A stretch of 16,839 nt of DNA from a virus. Positions within the stretch are counted from its first letter, which is position 1, and each line of letters starts with the position of its first letter. Both the position numbers and the translations under genes were made by a program. Shown piece after piece: positions 4,335 to 11,613 of this stretch. The notes under the pieces were generated by a model. It saw nothing but the letters and a program-made list of their open reading frames with translations, was not told where the DNA came from and did not search any database. The stretch covers positions 1 to 16,839 of IMG/VR virus record IMGVR_UViG_3300044856_000236, one strand, 5' to 3'.

Positions 4335-6274
4335 GAAACTATAGAAAATTTATGTGTGATTTTGAGACTACAGTATATAAAGGTCAAAAATCTACAGAAG
4401 TGTGGGCTAGTGCAAGTGTAGAATTCTACACAGAAAACGTTCAGATTTTTCATTCTATAGATGAACAGTTTAATTATTTTAAGTCATTAGATTGTGACAT
4501 AATAGCTTATTATCATAACCTTAAATTTGACGGCAATTTTTGGCTATCATATTTATTAACAGATTTAAAATATAATCAAGCATACGAGTCATTTAATGAG
4601 GACGGCACTCAAGGTGAATTTATAAAAGAAAAATACATGAAAAATAATACTTTCAGATATACTATATCATCTATGGGTCAATGGTATATGGTTACTATTA
4701 AAGTTAATAACCATTTTATTGAATTAAGAGATAGCTTAAAACTATTACCATTCTCGGTAAAACAAATAGGTAAATCTTTTAAAACAAAACATCAAAAATT
4801 AGACATGGAATATACTGGCTATAGATATGCAGGATGTAATATAACTGATGACGAAAAACGTTATATAGCTAATGACGTATTAGTAGTTAAAGAAGCACTT
4901 GAACAGTTATTTAATGACGGACACGATAAATTAACAATAGGTTCATGCTGTGTAACAGAATATAAAAACTCTTTAGGTGCTTATGACTACAACGATTTAT
5001 TTCCTGCTCTTGATGAATTTATGCTTGACAAAAATATTTACGGTTCATCAAATGCTGATGAATATATACGTCATAGTTATAGAGGTGGTTGGTGCTATTT
5101 AGTAAAAGGAAAAGAAAATATTGTTAGGCATAATGGTGTGACAGCAGATGTGAACTCTTTATATCCTAGTATGATGCACTCTCAAAGTGGCAATTATTTT
5201 CCAATAGGTAAGCCGTATTTTTGGACAGGAAATATAATACCTGATGAAGCTATAGGTGAAAATAAATATTATTTTTTAAGAATAAAAACACGCTTTTATA
5301 TCAAAGAAAATATGTTACCATTTATTCAGATAAAAGGTAATCATTTATATAAAGGTACAGAGTCATTAACAACTAGTGATGTAATAGATAAAAATGGAAA
5401 CTATAATAGATACTATAAAGATATTAATGGTAATATAAAAGATACCGCACAGATAATGACAGTGACTATGACAGATTATAAACTAATGTTAAAGCATTAT
5501 GAACTTGTTGACTTTGAAATCTTAGACGGATGTTGGTTTTATTCTGCCACAGGAATATTTGATAACTACATCAATCATTATGCAGAAATTAAAATGAATA
5601 GCAAAGGTGCAAAGCGTACAGAAGCAAAACTGTTTCTCAATAATCTTTATGGTAAACTTGCTAGTAGTTCCAATAGTAGTTTTAAAGTTGCATATGTTAA
5701 AGATGATGATAGTATAGGTTTTTATATAGTTCCTGCTAACAACAAAAAAGTGGGACATATAGCAACTGGTAGTGCAATAACATCATACGCACGTAACTTT
5801 ACAATCACAGCCGCTCAAAAAAATTACTATGGTGTAGATAAAGCAGGATTTATTTACGCTGACACTGACAGTATACATTGTGACTTATCTGCTGATAAGA
5901 TAAAAGGCATAACAGTAGACCCTGTAAAATTTTGCTGCTGGAAACTTGAGAGTAGTTGGGATACAGCTATATTCACAAGACAGAAAACATACATAGAACA
6001 CATAACACACAATGATTTAATCCCAGTTGATGAACCATACAATGATATTAAATGTGCAGGTATGCCACAGAAATGCAAAGATTTATTTAACAAATCAATG
6101 CAGGGTTATGAAGTAAAGGAGAGTGATAATTATACACAAAGTGAATTAAAATTCTTAGAAACAAAAAGAGACTACAGTGATTTTAAAGTTGGTTTATGTG
6201 TTCCCGGAAAATTACTACCAAAAAGAATTAAAGGTGGAGTATTATTAGTGGACACTACATATGAAATGAGGTGA
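4331..6274 (+). CDS. Protein-primed family-B DNA polymerase (phi29 gp2-like, 647 aa)
   Basis: All hallmark motifs are present: Exo I CDFETT, Exo II YHNLKFDGNF, Exo III YIANDVLVV, motif A DVNSLYPS, motif B KLFLNNLYGKLA, motif C YADTDSIH, and KxY RQKTYIE. Confidence 0.97.
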   Translation: MRNYRKFMCDFETTVYKGQKSTEVWASASVEFYTENVQIFHSIDEQFNYFKSLDCDIIAYYHNLKFDGNFWLSYLLTDLKYNQAYESFNEDGTQGEFIKEKYMKNNTFRYTISSMGQWYMVTIKVNNHFIELRDSLKLLPFSVKQIGKSFKTKHQKLDMEYTGYRYAGCNITDDEKRYIANDVLVVKEALEQLFNDGHDKLTIGSCCVTEYKNSLGAYDYNDLFPALDEFMLDKNIYGSSNADEYIRHSYRGGWCYLVKGKENIVRHNGVTADVNSLYPSMMHSQSGNYFPIGKPYFWTGNIIPDEAIGENKYYFLRIKTRFYIKENMLPFIQIKGNHLYKGTESLTTSDVIDKNGNYNRYYKDINGNIKDTAQIMTVTMTDYKLMLKHYELVDFEILDGCWFYSATGIFDNYINHYAEIKMNSKGAKRTEAKLFLNNLYGKLASSSNSSFKVAYVKDDDSIGFYIVPANNKKVGHIATGSAITSYARNFTITAAQKNYYGVDKAGFIYADTDSIHCDLSADKIKGITVDPVKFCCWKLESSWDTAIFTRQKTYIEHITHNDLIPVDEPYNDIKCAGMPQKCKDLFNKSMQGYEVKESDNYTQSELKFLETKRDYSDFKVGLCVPGKLLPKRIKGGVLLVDTTYEMR

Positions 6275-6280
6275 AACATT

Positions 6281-6448
6281 ATGTTAAACAAAATATTGAT
6301 TAAGTTATTAAACTATAAAACAGATAAAATAGCTAGTAAGAATTGTAAATCATGCATTTTTACAGACGATTGTTATTATTGTGATTTTTTCTGTATTAAT
6401 CATCATATTAAAGCTATTATTAAAGTTTTAAAGGAGGGAAAAATATGA
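6281..6448 (+). CDS. Cys/His-rich micro-protein, untracked (55 aa): MLNKILIKLLNYKTDKIASKNCKSCIFTDDCYYCDFFCINHHIKAIIKVLKEGKI
   Basis: I translated it by hand. RBS GAGGTGA (6268..6274) overlaps the polymerase stop. It contains CxxC...CxxC...C..HH. Its stop overlaps the next ATG (ATGA at 6445..6448). Confidence 0.55.
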   Translation: MLNKILIKLLNYKTDKIASKNCKSCIFTDDCYYCDFFCINHHIKAIIKVLKEGKI

Positions 6449-6570
6449 TAACATTGTTAGTAGATTTATATTACAGATACAAAGCAAAGAAGCATGAAAA
6501 AACTTGTAATCATATTTGTTGTTTCTGTCAGTACAAATATGATTGTGATTATTTTACAAAGGAGAGATGA
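6445..6570 (+). CDS. Cys-rich micro-protein, untracked (41 aa): MITLLVDLYYRYKAKKHEKTCNHICCFCQYKYDCDYFTKER
   Basis: Excellent RBS AAAGGAGGG 6 nt upstream, and an ATGA overlap with the previous ORF. It shares the K.C..(.)C....DC..(C)D(F/Y)F pattern with 6281..6448. It competes with the alternative long start at 6494 of the next gene. Confidence 0.45.
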   Translation: MITLLVDLYYRYKAKKHEKTCNHICCFCQYKYDCDYFTKER

Positions 6571-6574
6571 ATTT

Positions 6575-6808
6575 ATGAATGATAAAATGGAAAAAGTAGT
6601 GCAGGAACTGCGTAAAAGATTTAAAGGTTCAATCGAGTTTTATGATGTACCATTTATAGAGAAATATAAAATAGAGTATTGCTTAAATGGATTATATATA
6701 GTAAGATACTTACCTTATGATTTTATAAGAGAAAAAGATACAAAAGAAATTGTACTATCATTAAACATATTAATTGCCACAGATATACACAATCAATTTT
6801 ATAAGTAA
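6575..6808 (+). CDS. Hypothetical protein (77 aa)
   Basis: The ATG at 6575 follows AAAGGAGAG. The track start at 6494 would add the hydrophobic N-terminus MKKLVIIFVVSVSTNMIVIIL but has a poor RBS and overlaps the micro-ORF. Confidence 0.6.
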   Translation: MNDKMEKVVQELRKRFKGSIEFYDVPFIEKYKIEYCLNGLYIVRYLPYDFIREKDTKEIVLSLNILIATDIHNQFYK

Positions 6809-6821
6809 AGGAGAAAAAAGT

Positions 6822-7082
6822 ATGATAAATAATAATGAAAATAATAAAATATTTGCACACTTGGTAACAGAAATAATAGATAATAAATATGATATTCAAG
6901 CTACATATAGCATGACAGAATGTGATGATAATTGGAGCAACTTATCAATTATTTTTAATACTAATTTGCATGATTGTCTTGTAACAGTATCTATTAATTA
7001 CAAAACACAAGTAATAGACAAATTAGTTGAAGATATATCAATAAGAATTGATAAGCAAATTTTAAACAGTTATTTGAAATAA
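6822..7082 (+). CDS. Hypothetical protein (86 aa)
   Basis: The ATG at 6822 follows AAAGGAGAAAAAAG. The track start at 6774 lacks an RBS. The C-terminus (DISIRIDKQILNSYLK) loosely resembles that of 6575..6808 (LNILIATDIHNQFYK). Confidence 0.6.
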   Translation: MINNNENNKIFAHLVTEIIDNKYDIQATYSMTECDDNWSNLSIIFNTNLHDCLVTVSINYKTQVIDKLVEDISIRIDKQILNSYLK

Positions 7083-7085
7083 AAC

Positions 7086-7116
7086 AAAAAGGCAGGAGTA
7101 AAAACTCTTGCCTTTT
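7086..7116. terminator. Bidirectional intrinsic terminator between convergent units
   Basis: AAAAA-GGCAGGAG-TAAAAA-CTCTTGCC-TTTT is an 8-bp stem (one G-U pair on the + transcript, one A-C mismatch on the minus transcript) flanked by an A-run and a T-run. Confidence 0.8.
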
Positions 7117-7231
7117 CTATATCTATAACTATTGCAGAACACAAGCGCACAGCATTTACGACAATACATACTAGCGTTATCTTCCAAACGTGCTACCTAG
7201 CAGTATCAAGTGAACATACAATAGCAGATAC
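7117..7231 (-). ncRNA. Candidate structured 3' RNA downstream of the packaging ATPase (speculative pRNA candidate)
   Basis: A 115-nt non-coding gap lies between the ATPase stop and the terminator. Its two ends are complementary: CAATAG-C-AGATA (7219..7230) against TATCT-ATAA-CTATTG (7120..7134). This would close the whole segment in a roughly 12-bp helix. I could not resolve the internal fold by eye. Confidence 0.2.
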
Positions 7232-8272
7232 CTAATAACTGATAGTCTTAAATAAGACTTCTTTGCATTTAAGGTTCTTAAATCTGAAACATCCTTTTTC
7301 AAAATAGTATCTTAACTGACTAATAAATAAATCATTCTGTTTTAACATGACATAATTAATATCATGGTCATTAACAGTGACACTTATTTTACTTCTAAAT
7401 GTACTATCTGCTTTATCATCAATATATAAAAAGCCCTGCTCGCTGTATTGTTTCACAGCATAATCATGCCCCATATATCTTAGTGTTGCAACATACTTAC
7501 CTTTTCCTACTGGTGTATCAATAAAAGCAGTGTTATCATTTAAGTACACATTTTCACTTGAGTATGCGACATACTGATTATTCTTAAATGCTCTATTGAA
7601 ACCACTCTCTTTCTGCGCTTTACTAGCAGTTTCTATAAAACCACTTTCCAGTACAAACCCGTCTCCTTTTAAGAAATTAGTTTCACTGTTTAGTCTTTCA
7701 GATATTCCCAACTCTGTATAATAAGGGTTGATAATGCTAACAGCATTGCTTAGCATATATACTGGAAGATATCTTGCCTGCTCTCCGTGTCCTCTTGCTA
7801 TACTCGTATGTACACTGATAAATTTTCTTATTTCATCACTACAGTAGTGATTAGTTTCGCTCTGAAATTCATCAAATAACATACTATCAGTATCACTAAG
7901 TAAGTGACTATATTTTTTCAACTGGTCTGCACTATTTAAACTAATAGCATAACCGCAATGTTGCTCATTTAAAAACAAACTATGATAGATACCACTTGCA
8001 CAACGTTCACTTTCCATAGTATAATTTCTAAAGAATAATGTTTGTAAATCCTTGAAGAATTTATTAGATACATCATCAAGCTCGTAATTGTATCTATAAA
8101 TTAGACAGAATTTTTTACCATACTTAAGAAATCTGTTAATTAATAATCTGCCAAAATATGTTGTTTTGCCACCACTTCTATTTGTGGTACACAAAAATAA
8201 CTCAGGCTTTAAACCATTTATGTCTTTCATTGAAAGTAATTTAGTTCCGTCATAGTATTTATTTTCACTCAT
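7232..8272 (-). CDS. DNA packaging (encapsidation) ATPase, phi29 gp16-like (346 aa)
   Basis: Walker A TNRSGGKTT, then INRFLKYGKKFCLIYRY (phi29: INRFIKYGEQFIYVRRY), Walker B MLFDEF, LSNAVSIINPYY (phi29: LSNAVSVVNPYF), and GCFRFKN near the C-terminus. The phi29 strings are from memory. Confidence 0.95.
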   Translation of the reverse strand: MSENKYYDGTKLLSMKDINGLKPELFLCTTNRSGGKTTYFGRLLINRFLKYGKKFCLIYRYNYELDDVSNKFFKDLQTLFFRNYTMESERCASGIYHSLFLNEQHCGYAISLNSADQLKKYSHLLSDTDSMLFDEFQSETNHYCSDEIRKFISVHTSIARGHGEQARYLPVYMLSNAVSIINPYYTELGISERLNSETNFLKGDGFVLESGFIETASKAQKESGFNRAFKNNQYVAYSSENVYLNDNTAFIDTPVGKGKYVATLRYMGHDYAVKQYSEQGFLYIDDKADSTFRSKISVTVNDHDINYVMLKQNDLFISQLRYYFEKGCFRFKNLKCKEVLFKTISY

Positions 8273-8317
8273 ATTATTGTACTCTTTTCTTAAATTCGCC
8301 TATAATTTTCTTAATTT

Positions 8318-8346
8318 ATTATAACATATATATTGTAAAAAATCAA
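8318..8346 (-). promoter_or_regulatory. Promoter of the ATPase gene (minus strand TTGATT-17-TGtTATAAT)
   Basis: On the minus strand the -35 TTGATT lies at + coordinates 8346..8341. A 17-nt spacer follows, then an extended -10 TGT and TATAAT at 8323..8318. It is about 45 nt upstream of the ATG at 8272. Confidence 0.7.
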
Positions 8347-8361
8347 TTAATATGATATAAT
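8333..8361 (+). promoter_or_regulatory. Late-operon promoter (TTGTAA-17-TGaTATAAT)
   Basis: TTGTAA at 8333..8338, a 17-nt spacer, an extended -10 TGA, and a perfect TATAAT at 8356..8361. It lies about 33 nt upstream of the ATG at 8394 and is interdigitated with the minus-strand promoter. Confidence 0.8.
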
Positions 8362-8393
8362 TAAAAAGAGAATAAAAGAGAGGTGGTGAGAGT

Positions 8394-8603
8394 ATGGACA
8401 CAATGCAGATGATTTTGCAGGCTATAACTACAGTGGGATTTCCTATCGTAATGTGTTTATGTTTAGCATGGTACTGTATGAAACTTGATGATAGTCACAA
8501 GGCAGAAACAGATAAGTTCACAACAGCATTAAATGAAAACACACTTGTATTGCAGAAATTATGTGACATTCTGAACGTAGAAAGAAGTGATAAGAATGAG
8601 TAA
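8394..8603 (+). CDS. YvrJ-like single-pass membrane protein, holin candidate (69 aa)
   Basis: Strong RBS AGAGGTGGTGAG. There is one N-terminal TM segment (ILQAITTVGFPIVMCLCLAWYCM) containing the GFP motif I associate with the YvrJ family, followed by a charged C-terminal tail. It sits directly upstream of the endolysin and overlaps it. Confidence 0.55.
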   Translation: MDTMQMILQAITTVGFPIVMCLCLAWYCMKLDDSHKAETDKFTTALNENTLVLQKLCDILNVERSDKNE

Positions 8604-9258
8604 AGTTGACACTTACACAGACTATATGATTGCAATAGCAAATGACAATTCACATGGTTATTCACAGATTAACAGAAGTGGAAATCCAGACTTTGATTGT
8701 AGTTCGTTAGTTGGACATGCACTTGCTACAGCAGGATTTAATGTAAATGTAAACAGTACAACAAGAAATTTGTATGAGCAGTTAAAACGTTGTGGCTTTA
8801 CTTCTTGTAACAGACCTTTTAGAAAAGGTGATATTCACTTAGCAGTAGGACATCATGTTTGTGTTTCAACAGATAGTGAGCATATAGTTCATGCAAGCAT
8901 TGATGAAAAAGGAACCACAAAAGGACATAAAGCAGGAGACCAAACTGGAAAAGAAATATGCATAAGAAAATATTACACACCTAGTTATGGTTGGAGTTAT
9001 CATTTACGTTATACTGGTAATAAAGGAAGTGCAGGTTATACTATGAATTTATTAAAGAGAGGTTCATCAAGTAACGATGTAACAGTATTTGAAATACTTA
9101 TGACAAAGTTAGGTTATTATACTGGTAGCATTGATACAAAATATGGCACAGGTTGTGTAAGAGCATGCGAGATTTTTCAGACAGAACATGGACTAATTAC
9201 TGACGGTGAATGCGGTAAAAACACATGGAATAAACTATTTAGTTTAGGTATAAGATAA
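8596..9258 (+). CDS. Endolysin: NlpC/P60-superfamily (Amidase_5-like) cysteine peptidoglycan hydrolase with a C-terminal PG_binding_1 domain (220 aa)
   Basis: YSQINRSGNPDFDCSSLVGHALATAGF plus GHHVCV...HIVHA form Cys/His catalytic motifs, as in streptococcal phage Amidase_5 lysins (YSMD.R.G..SYDCSS). GDQTGKEI is also present. The C-terminal LKRGSSSNDVTVFEILMTKLGYYTGSIDTKYGTGCVRACEIFQ...G..G..TW is a PG_binding_1 pattern. The ATG at 8596 is preferred over the GTG at 8587. Confidence 0.8.
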   Translation: MSKVDTYTDYMIAIANDNSHGYSQINRSGNPDFDCSSLVGHALATAGFNVNVNSTTRNLYEQLKRCGFTSCNRPFRKGDIHLAVGHHVCVSTDSEHIVHASIDEKGTTKGHKAGDQTGKEICIRKYYTPSYGWSYHLRYTGNKGSAGYTMNLLKRGSSSNDVTVFEILMTKLGYYTGSIDTKYGTGCVRACEIFQTEHGLITDGECGKNTWNKLFSLGIR

Positions 9259-9842
9259 TGGCATGGATAGTTAAAGTAGGAGTAAGTGCATATTTAACAC
9301 AATCTGAAATGGAAAACAATGCTACCGAATTTTATGGATATTTCAACAGTAAAGGTTTTACCATTGAGAGCGTAGCAGGGATGTTAGGAAACTTACAGCA
9401 GGAGTCAAACATTAATCCCGGCATGAAACAAACAGCAAGTACAAGCAGTGGTTGGGGGTTAATACAATGGACACCTAGCAGTAACCTAACAGATTATGCA
9501 ACTGCGCAGGGCGTTGACTGGGCTACTGGTGAAATACAGACACAGTTAATGTGGGATGAAATAATAAACGGATATGGTGGTCAATGGATACCTAAGCCGT
9601 CACTAGGATATGGTTATAGTGGTGCAGAGTTTTCAAAATTAACTGATGTTGCAGAAGCCTGTAAAGCTTATTTATATGAAAGAGAACGAGCAGGTGTTGA
9701 AGCATTAACCAACAGATTAACATATGCTAGTAACTGGTATGAATATCTAACAGGAGTTACACCGCCTACACCGCCGGAACCACCCACACCAACTAAGCGA
9801 AAACGTATGCCAGTTTGGATGATGTGCAGACGATTATTTTAA
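9258..9842 (+). CDS. Tail-associated lysozyme, phi29 gp13 N-terminal-domain-like (194 aa)
   Basis: VAGMLGNLQQESNINPG...GWGLIQWTPSSN matches gp13 as I recall it (ICGMLGNMQSESTINPG...GFGLVQWTPASN). It ends in a Pro-rich linker TPPTPPEPPTPT plus 16 residues. There is no C-terminal M23 endopeptidase domain. TAATG overlap with the endolysin stop. Confidence 0.85.
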   Translation: MAWIVKVGVSAYLTQSEMENNATEFYGYFNSKGFTIESVAGMLGNLQQESNINPGMKQTASTSSGWGLIQWTPSSNLTDYATAQGVDWATGEIQTQLMWDEIINGYGGQWIPKPSLGYGYSGAEFSKLTDVAEACKAYLYERERAGVEALTNRLTYASNWYEYLTGVTPPTPPEPPTPTKRKRMPVWMMCRRLF

Positions 9843-9862
9843 ACAGAAAAGAGGTGAGAAAA

Positions 9863-10183
9863 ATGGCAGTACTTTCACATGATGATTTTATGAACGCAAT
9901 AAAAGGACTATCAGGTGATAGCGCTGATGATAACACGCTTACCATGATTGAGAATTTTACTGATACATTTAATGACCTTGAAGCACGTGCAAACGATACT
10001 ACTGATTGGAAAACAAAATATGAGCAGAATGACAATGAGTGGAGAGAAAAATATAAGGCACGTTTCTTTGAGGGCAAAGAGGGTACAGACCCTACAACAG
10101 TAATTAGGGAACAAAAGAAAGATATTACTGATGACGGTAAAGATATTTCCTTTGATGATTTATTTAAAGAAAGAGAGGGCTAA
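9863..10183 (+). CDS. Scaffolding protein, phi29 gp7-like (106 aa)
   Basis: The ATG at 9863 follows AAAAGAGGTGAG; the track start at 9815 is a TTG inside the upstream gene. The protein is acidic and helical, sits directly upstream of the capsid gene, and its C-terminal ISFDDLFKE is like phi29 gp7 ITIEDLEAK. Confidence 0.75.
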   Translation: MAVLSHDDFMNAIKGLSGDSADDNTLTMIENFTDTFNDLEARANDTTDWKTKYEQNDNEWREKYKARFFEGKEGTDPTTVIREQKKDITDDGKDISFDDLFKEREG

Positions 10184-10188
10184 GAATT

Positions 10189-11556
10189 ATGGCTACAAAA
10201 CCAAAAATTAAGACACTTACTAATTCAAGCGTTGATATTTTAAATGCAATAAGAAACAACGCTAGTACAAATTACAGAGATTATGTTCCGCAGGCTACAG
10301 CAGACTCTGACTCAATCAGAGAAATCGGTGCAGTAATCATGGACTATCCTGCTTTACAGAATGAGTTTTTATCCGCTCTTGTAAACAGAATAGGCAGAGT
10401 AATCTTAACAAGCAAATCATATGACAATCCGTGGGCTATGTTTAAAAAAGGTATGCTCGAATTTGGTGAGTCTATCGAAGAGGTATTTGTTAATATTGCA
10501 AAGCCGTTTCAGTTTGACCCACAGGTTGCAGAGTCTAATGTATTCAAGCGTGAAATTCCTGATGTACGCAGTGCGTTTCACATTATGAACTATCAGAAGT
10601 TCTACAAAGCTACAATCTCAAATGACCAGTTAAGACAGGCTTTTCTGTCTATTGACGGTATTACAGACTTGATTGCTAAGATTGTAGATGCTATGTATAC
10701 TGGTGCTAACTATGACGAGTTTCAGACTATGAAGTATATGCTTGCAAAACATATCTTGAATGGACTGATGAACCCAGTCACTATTCCTGCTATTAACACA
10801 GCAAACATGAATAGTATTGTTAGTACTATCAAGGGGGTATCAAACAAGTTTACTTTCCTTAACTCAAATAATAACCTTGCAGGTGTTATGAACCATACAC
10901 CTAAACAGGAACAGTATTTGTTAGTCAATTCACAGTTTGATGCTACCATGAATGTTGAAGTACTTGCAAGTGCTTTCAATATGGATAAAGCAGAGTTTGA
11001 CGGACATCATGTACTTGTAGATAGTTTCGGTGATTTAGACATTGAGAGATTAAATATTCTCTTTGCTGATGAGCCAACCTATACAGAGATAGGAAAAGCA
11101 GAACTTGAAGCACTTGACGCTATACCTTGTGTTATGGTTGATAGTGATTGGTTTATGATATTCGACAACTATCAGAACTTTACAGAGCAGTACAATGGTG
11201 AGGGTCTCTATTGGAATTACTGGTATCATGTATGGAAAACATTTAGTGTTTCTCCGTTCTCAAACAATGCAGTATTTGTTGCAGGAACTCCTGCGGTTAC
11301 AACTGTTACTGTTACACCTAGTGAAGCTACAGTTAGTGCAGGTGGACAGTTACAGTTAAACGTTACTGTTGCTACTGAAAACTATGCACCACAGAGTGTT
11401 GTTTGGAGTATTGCTACAGAGGGTGCTAAGGCTAGTATCTCGAGTACTGGTATGCTTAAGATTAATAGTGACGCTACAGCAGGAACTATTACAGTTAATG
11501 CAACTAGCACGTTTGATAGCACAAAGGTTGGCACTGCGACTATTACAGTTGCGTAA
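10189..11556 (+). CDS. Major capsid protein, phi29 gp8-like with a C-terminal Big_2 Ig-like domain (455 aa)
   Basis: DILNAIRNN...YVPQAT...LVNRIGRV...FKKG...IEEVF...FKREIPDV parallels gp8 as I recall it (DIVNAIRNS...YVPLAT...LVDRIGLV...FKKG...IEEIY...FEREMPNV). LYWNYWYHVWKTFSVS matches LYWNYYYHVWQTLSVS. The C-terminal VTVTPSEATVSAGGQLQLNVTV...VVWS is a Big_2 pattern. Confidence 0.95.
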   Translation: MATKPKIKTLTNSSVDILNAIRNNASTNYRDYVPQATADSDSIREIGAVIMDYPALQNEFLSALVNRIGRVILTSKSYDNPWAMFKKGMLEFGESIEEVFVNIAKPFQFDPQVAESNVFKREIPDVRSAFHIMNYQKFYKATISNDQLRQAFLSIDGITDLIAKIVDAMYTGANYDEFQTMKYMLAKHILNGLMNPVTIPAINTANMNSIVSTIKGVSNKFTFLNSNNNLAGVMNHTPKQEQYLLVNSQFDATMNVEVLASAFNMDKAEFDGHHVLVDSFGDLDIERLNILFADEPTYTEIGKAELEALDAIPCVMVDSDWFMIFDNYQNFTEQYNGEGLYWNYWYHVWKTFSVSPFSNNAVFVAGTPAVTTVTVTPSEATVSAGGQLQLNVTVATENYAPQSVVWSIATEGAKASISSTGMLKINSDATAGTITVNATSTFDSTKVGTATITVA

Positions 11557-11565
11557 AATGTTTAT

Positions 11566-11593
11566 GGCAGGAGAGCATGATTGCTTTCCTGCT
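11566..11593 (+). other. Stable stem-loop just after the capsid gene
   Basis: GGCAGGAGAGCA-(TGAT)-TGCTTTCCTGCT forms 12 bp including two G-U pairs. No U tract follows. It is probably an mRNA-stabilising or attenuating hairpin. Confidence 0.55.
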
Positions 11594-11613
11594 ATTGTAA
11601 AGGTGGTGAAGAT

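Noticed and set aside
5522-6093. Minus-strand ORFs 5522..5758 and 5854..6093
   Set aside because: Both lie antisense inside the DNA polymerase gene, whose frame is validated by all of its catalytic motifs.
6494-6574. Long start giving a membrane-anchored 104-aa protein (MKKLVIIFVVSVSTNMIVIIL...)
   Set aside because: I did not adopt it as the primary model. The RBS is weak, and the region overlaps a micro-ORF that has an excellent SD and ATGA chaining. I kept it as an explicit alternative, because an N-terminal TM anchor would be biologically plausible.
9793-10114. Minus-strand ORFs 9793..10077 and 9911..10114
   Set aside because: Both lie antisense to the scaffolding gene and have no RBS.
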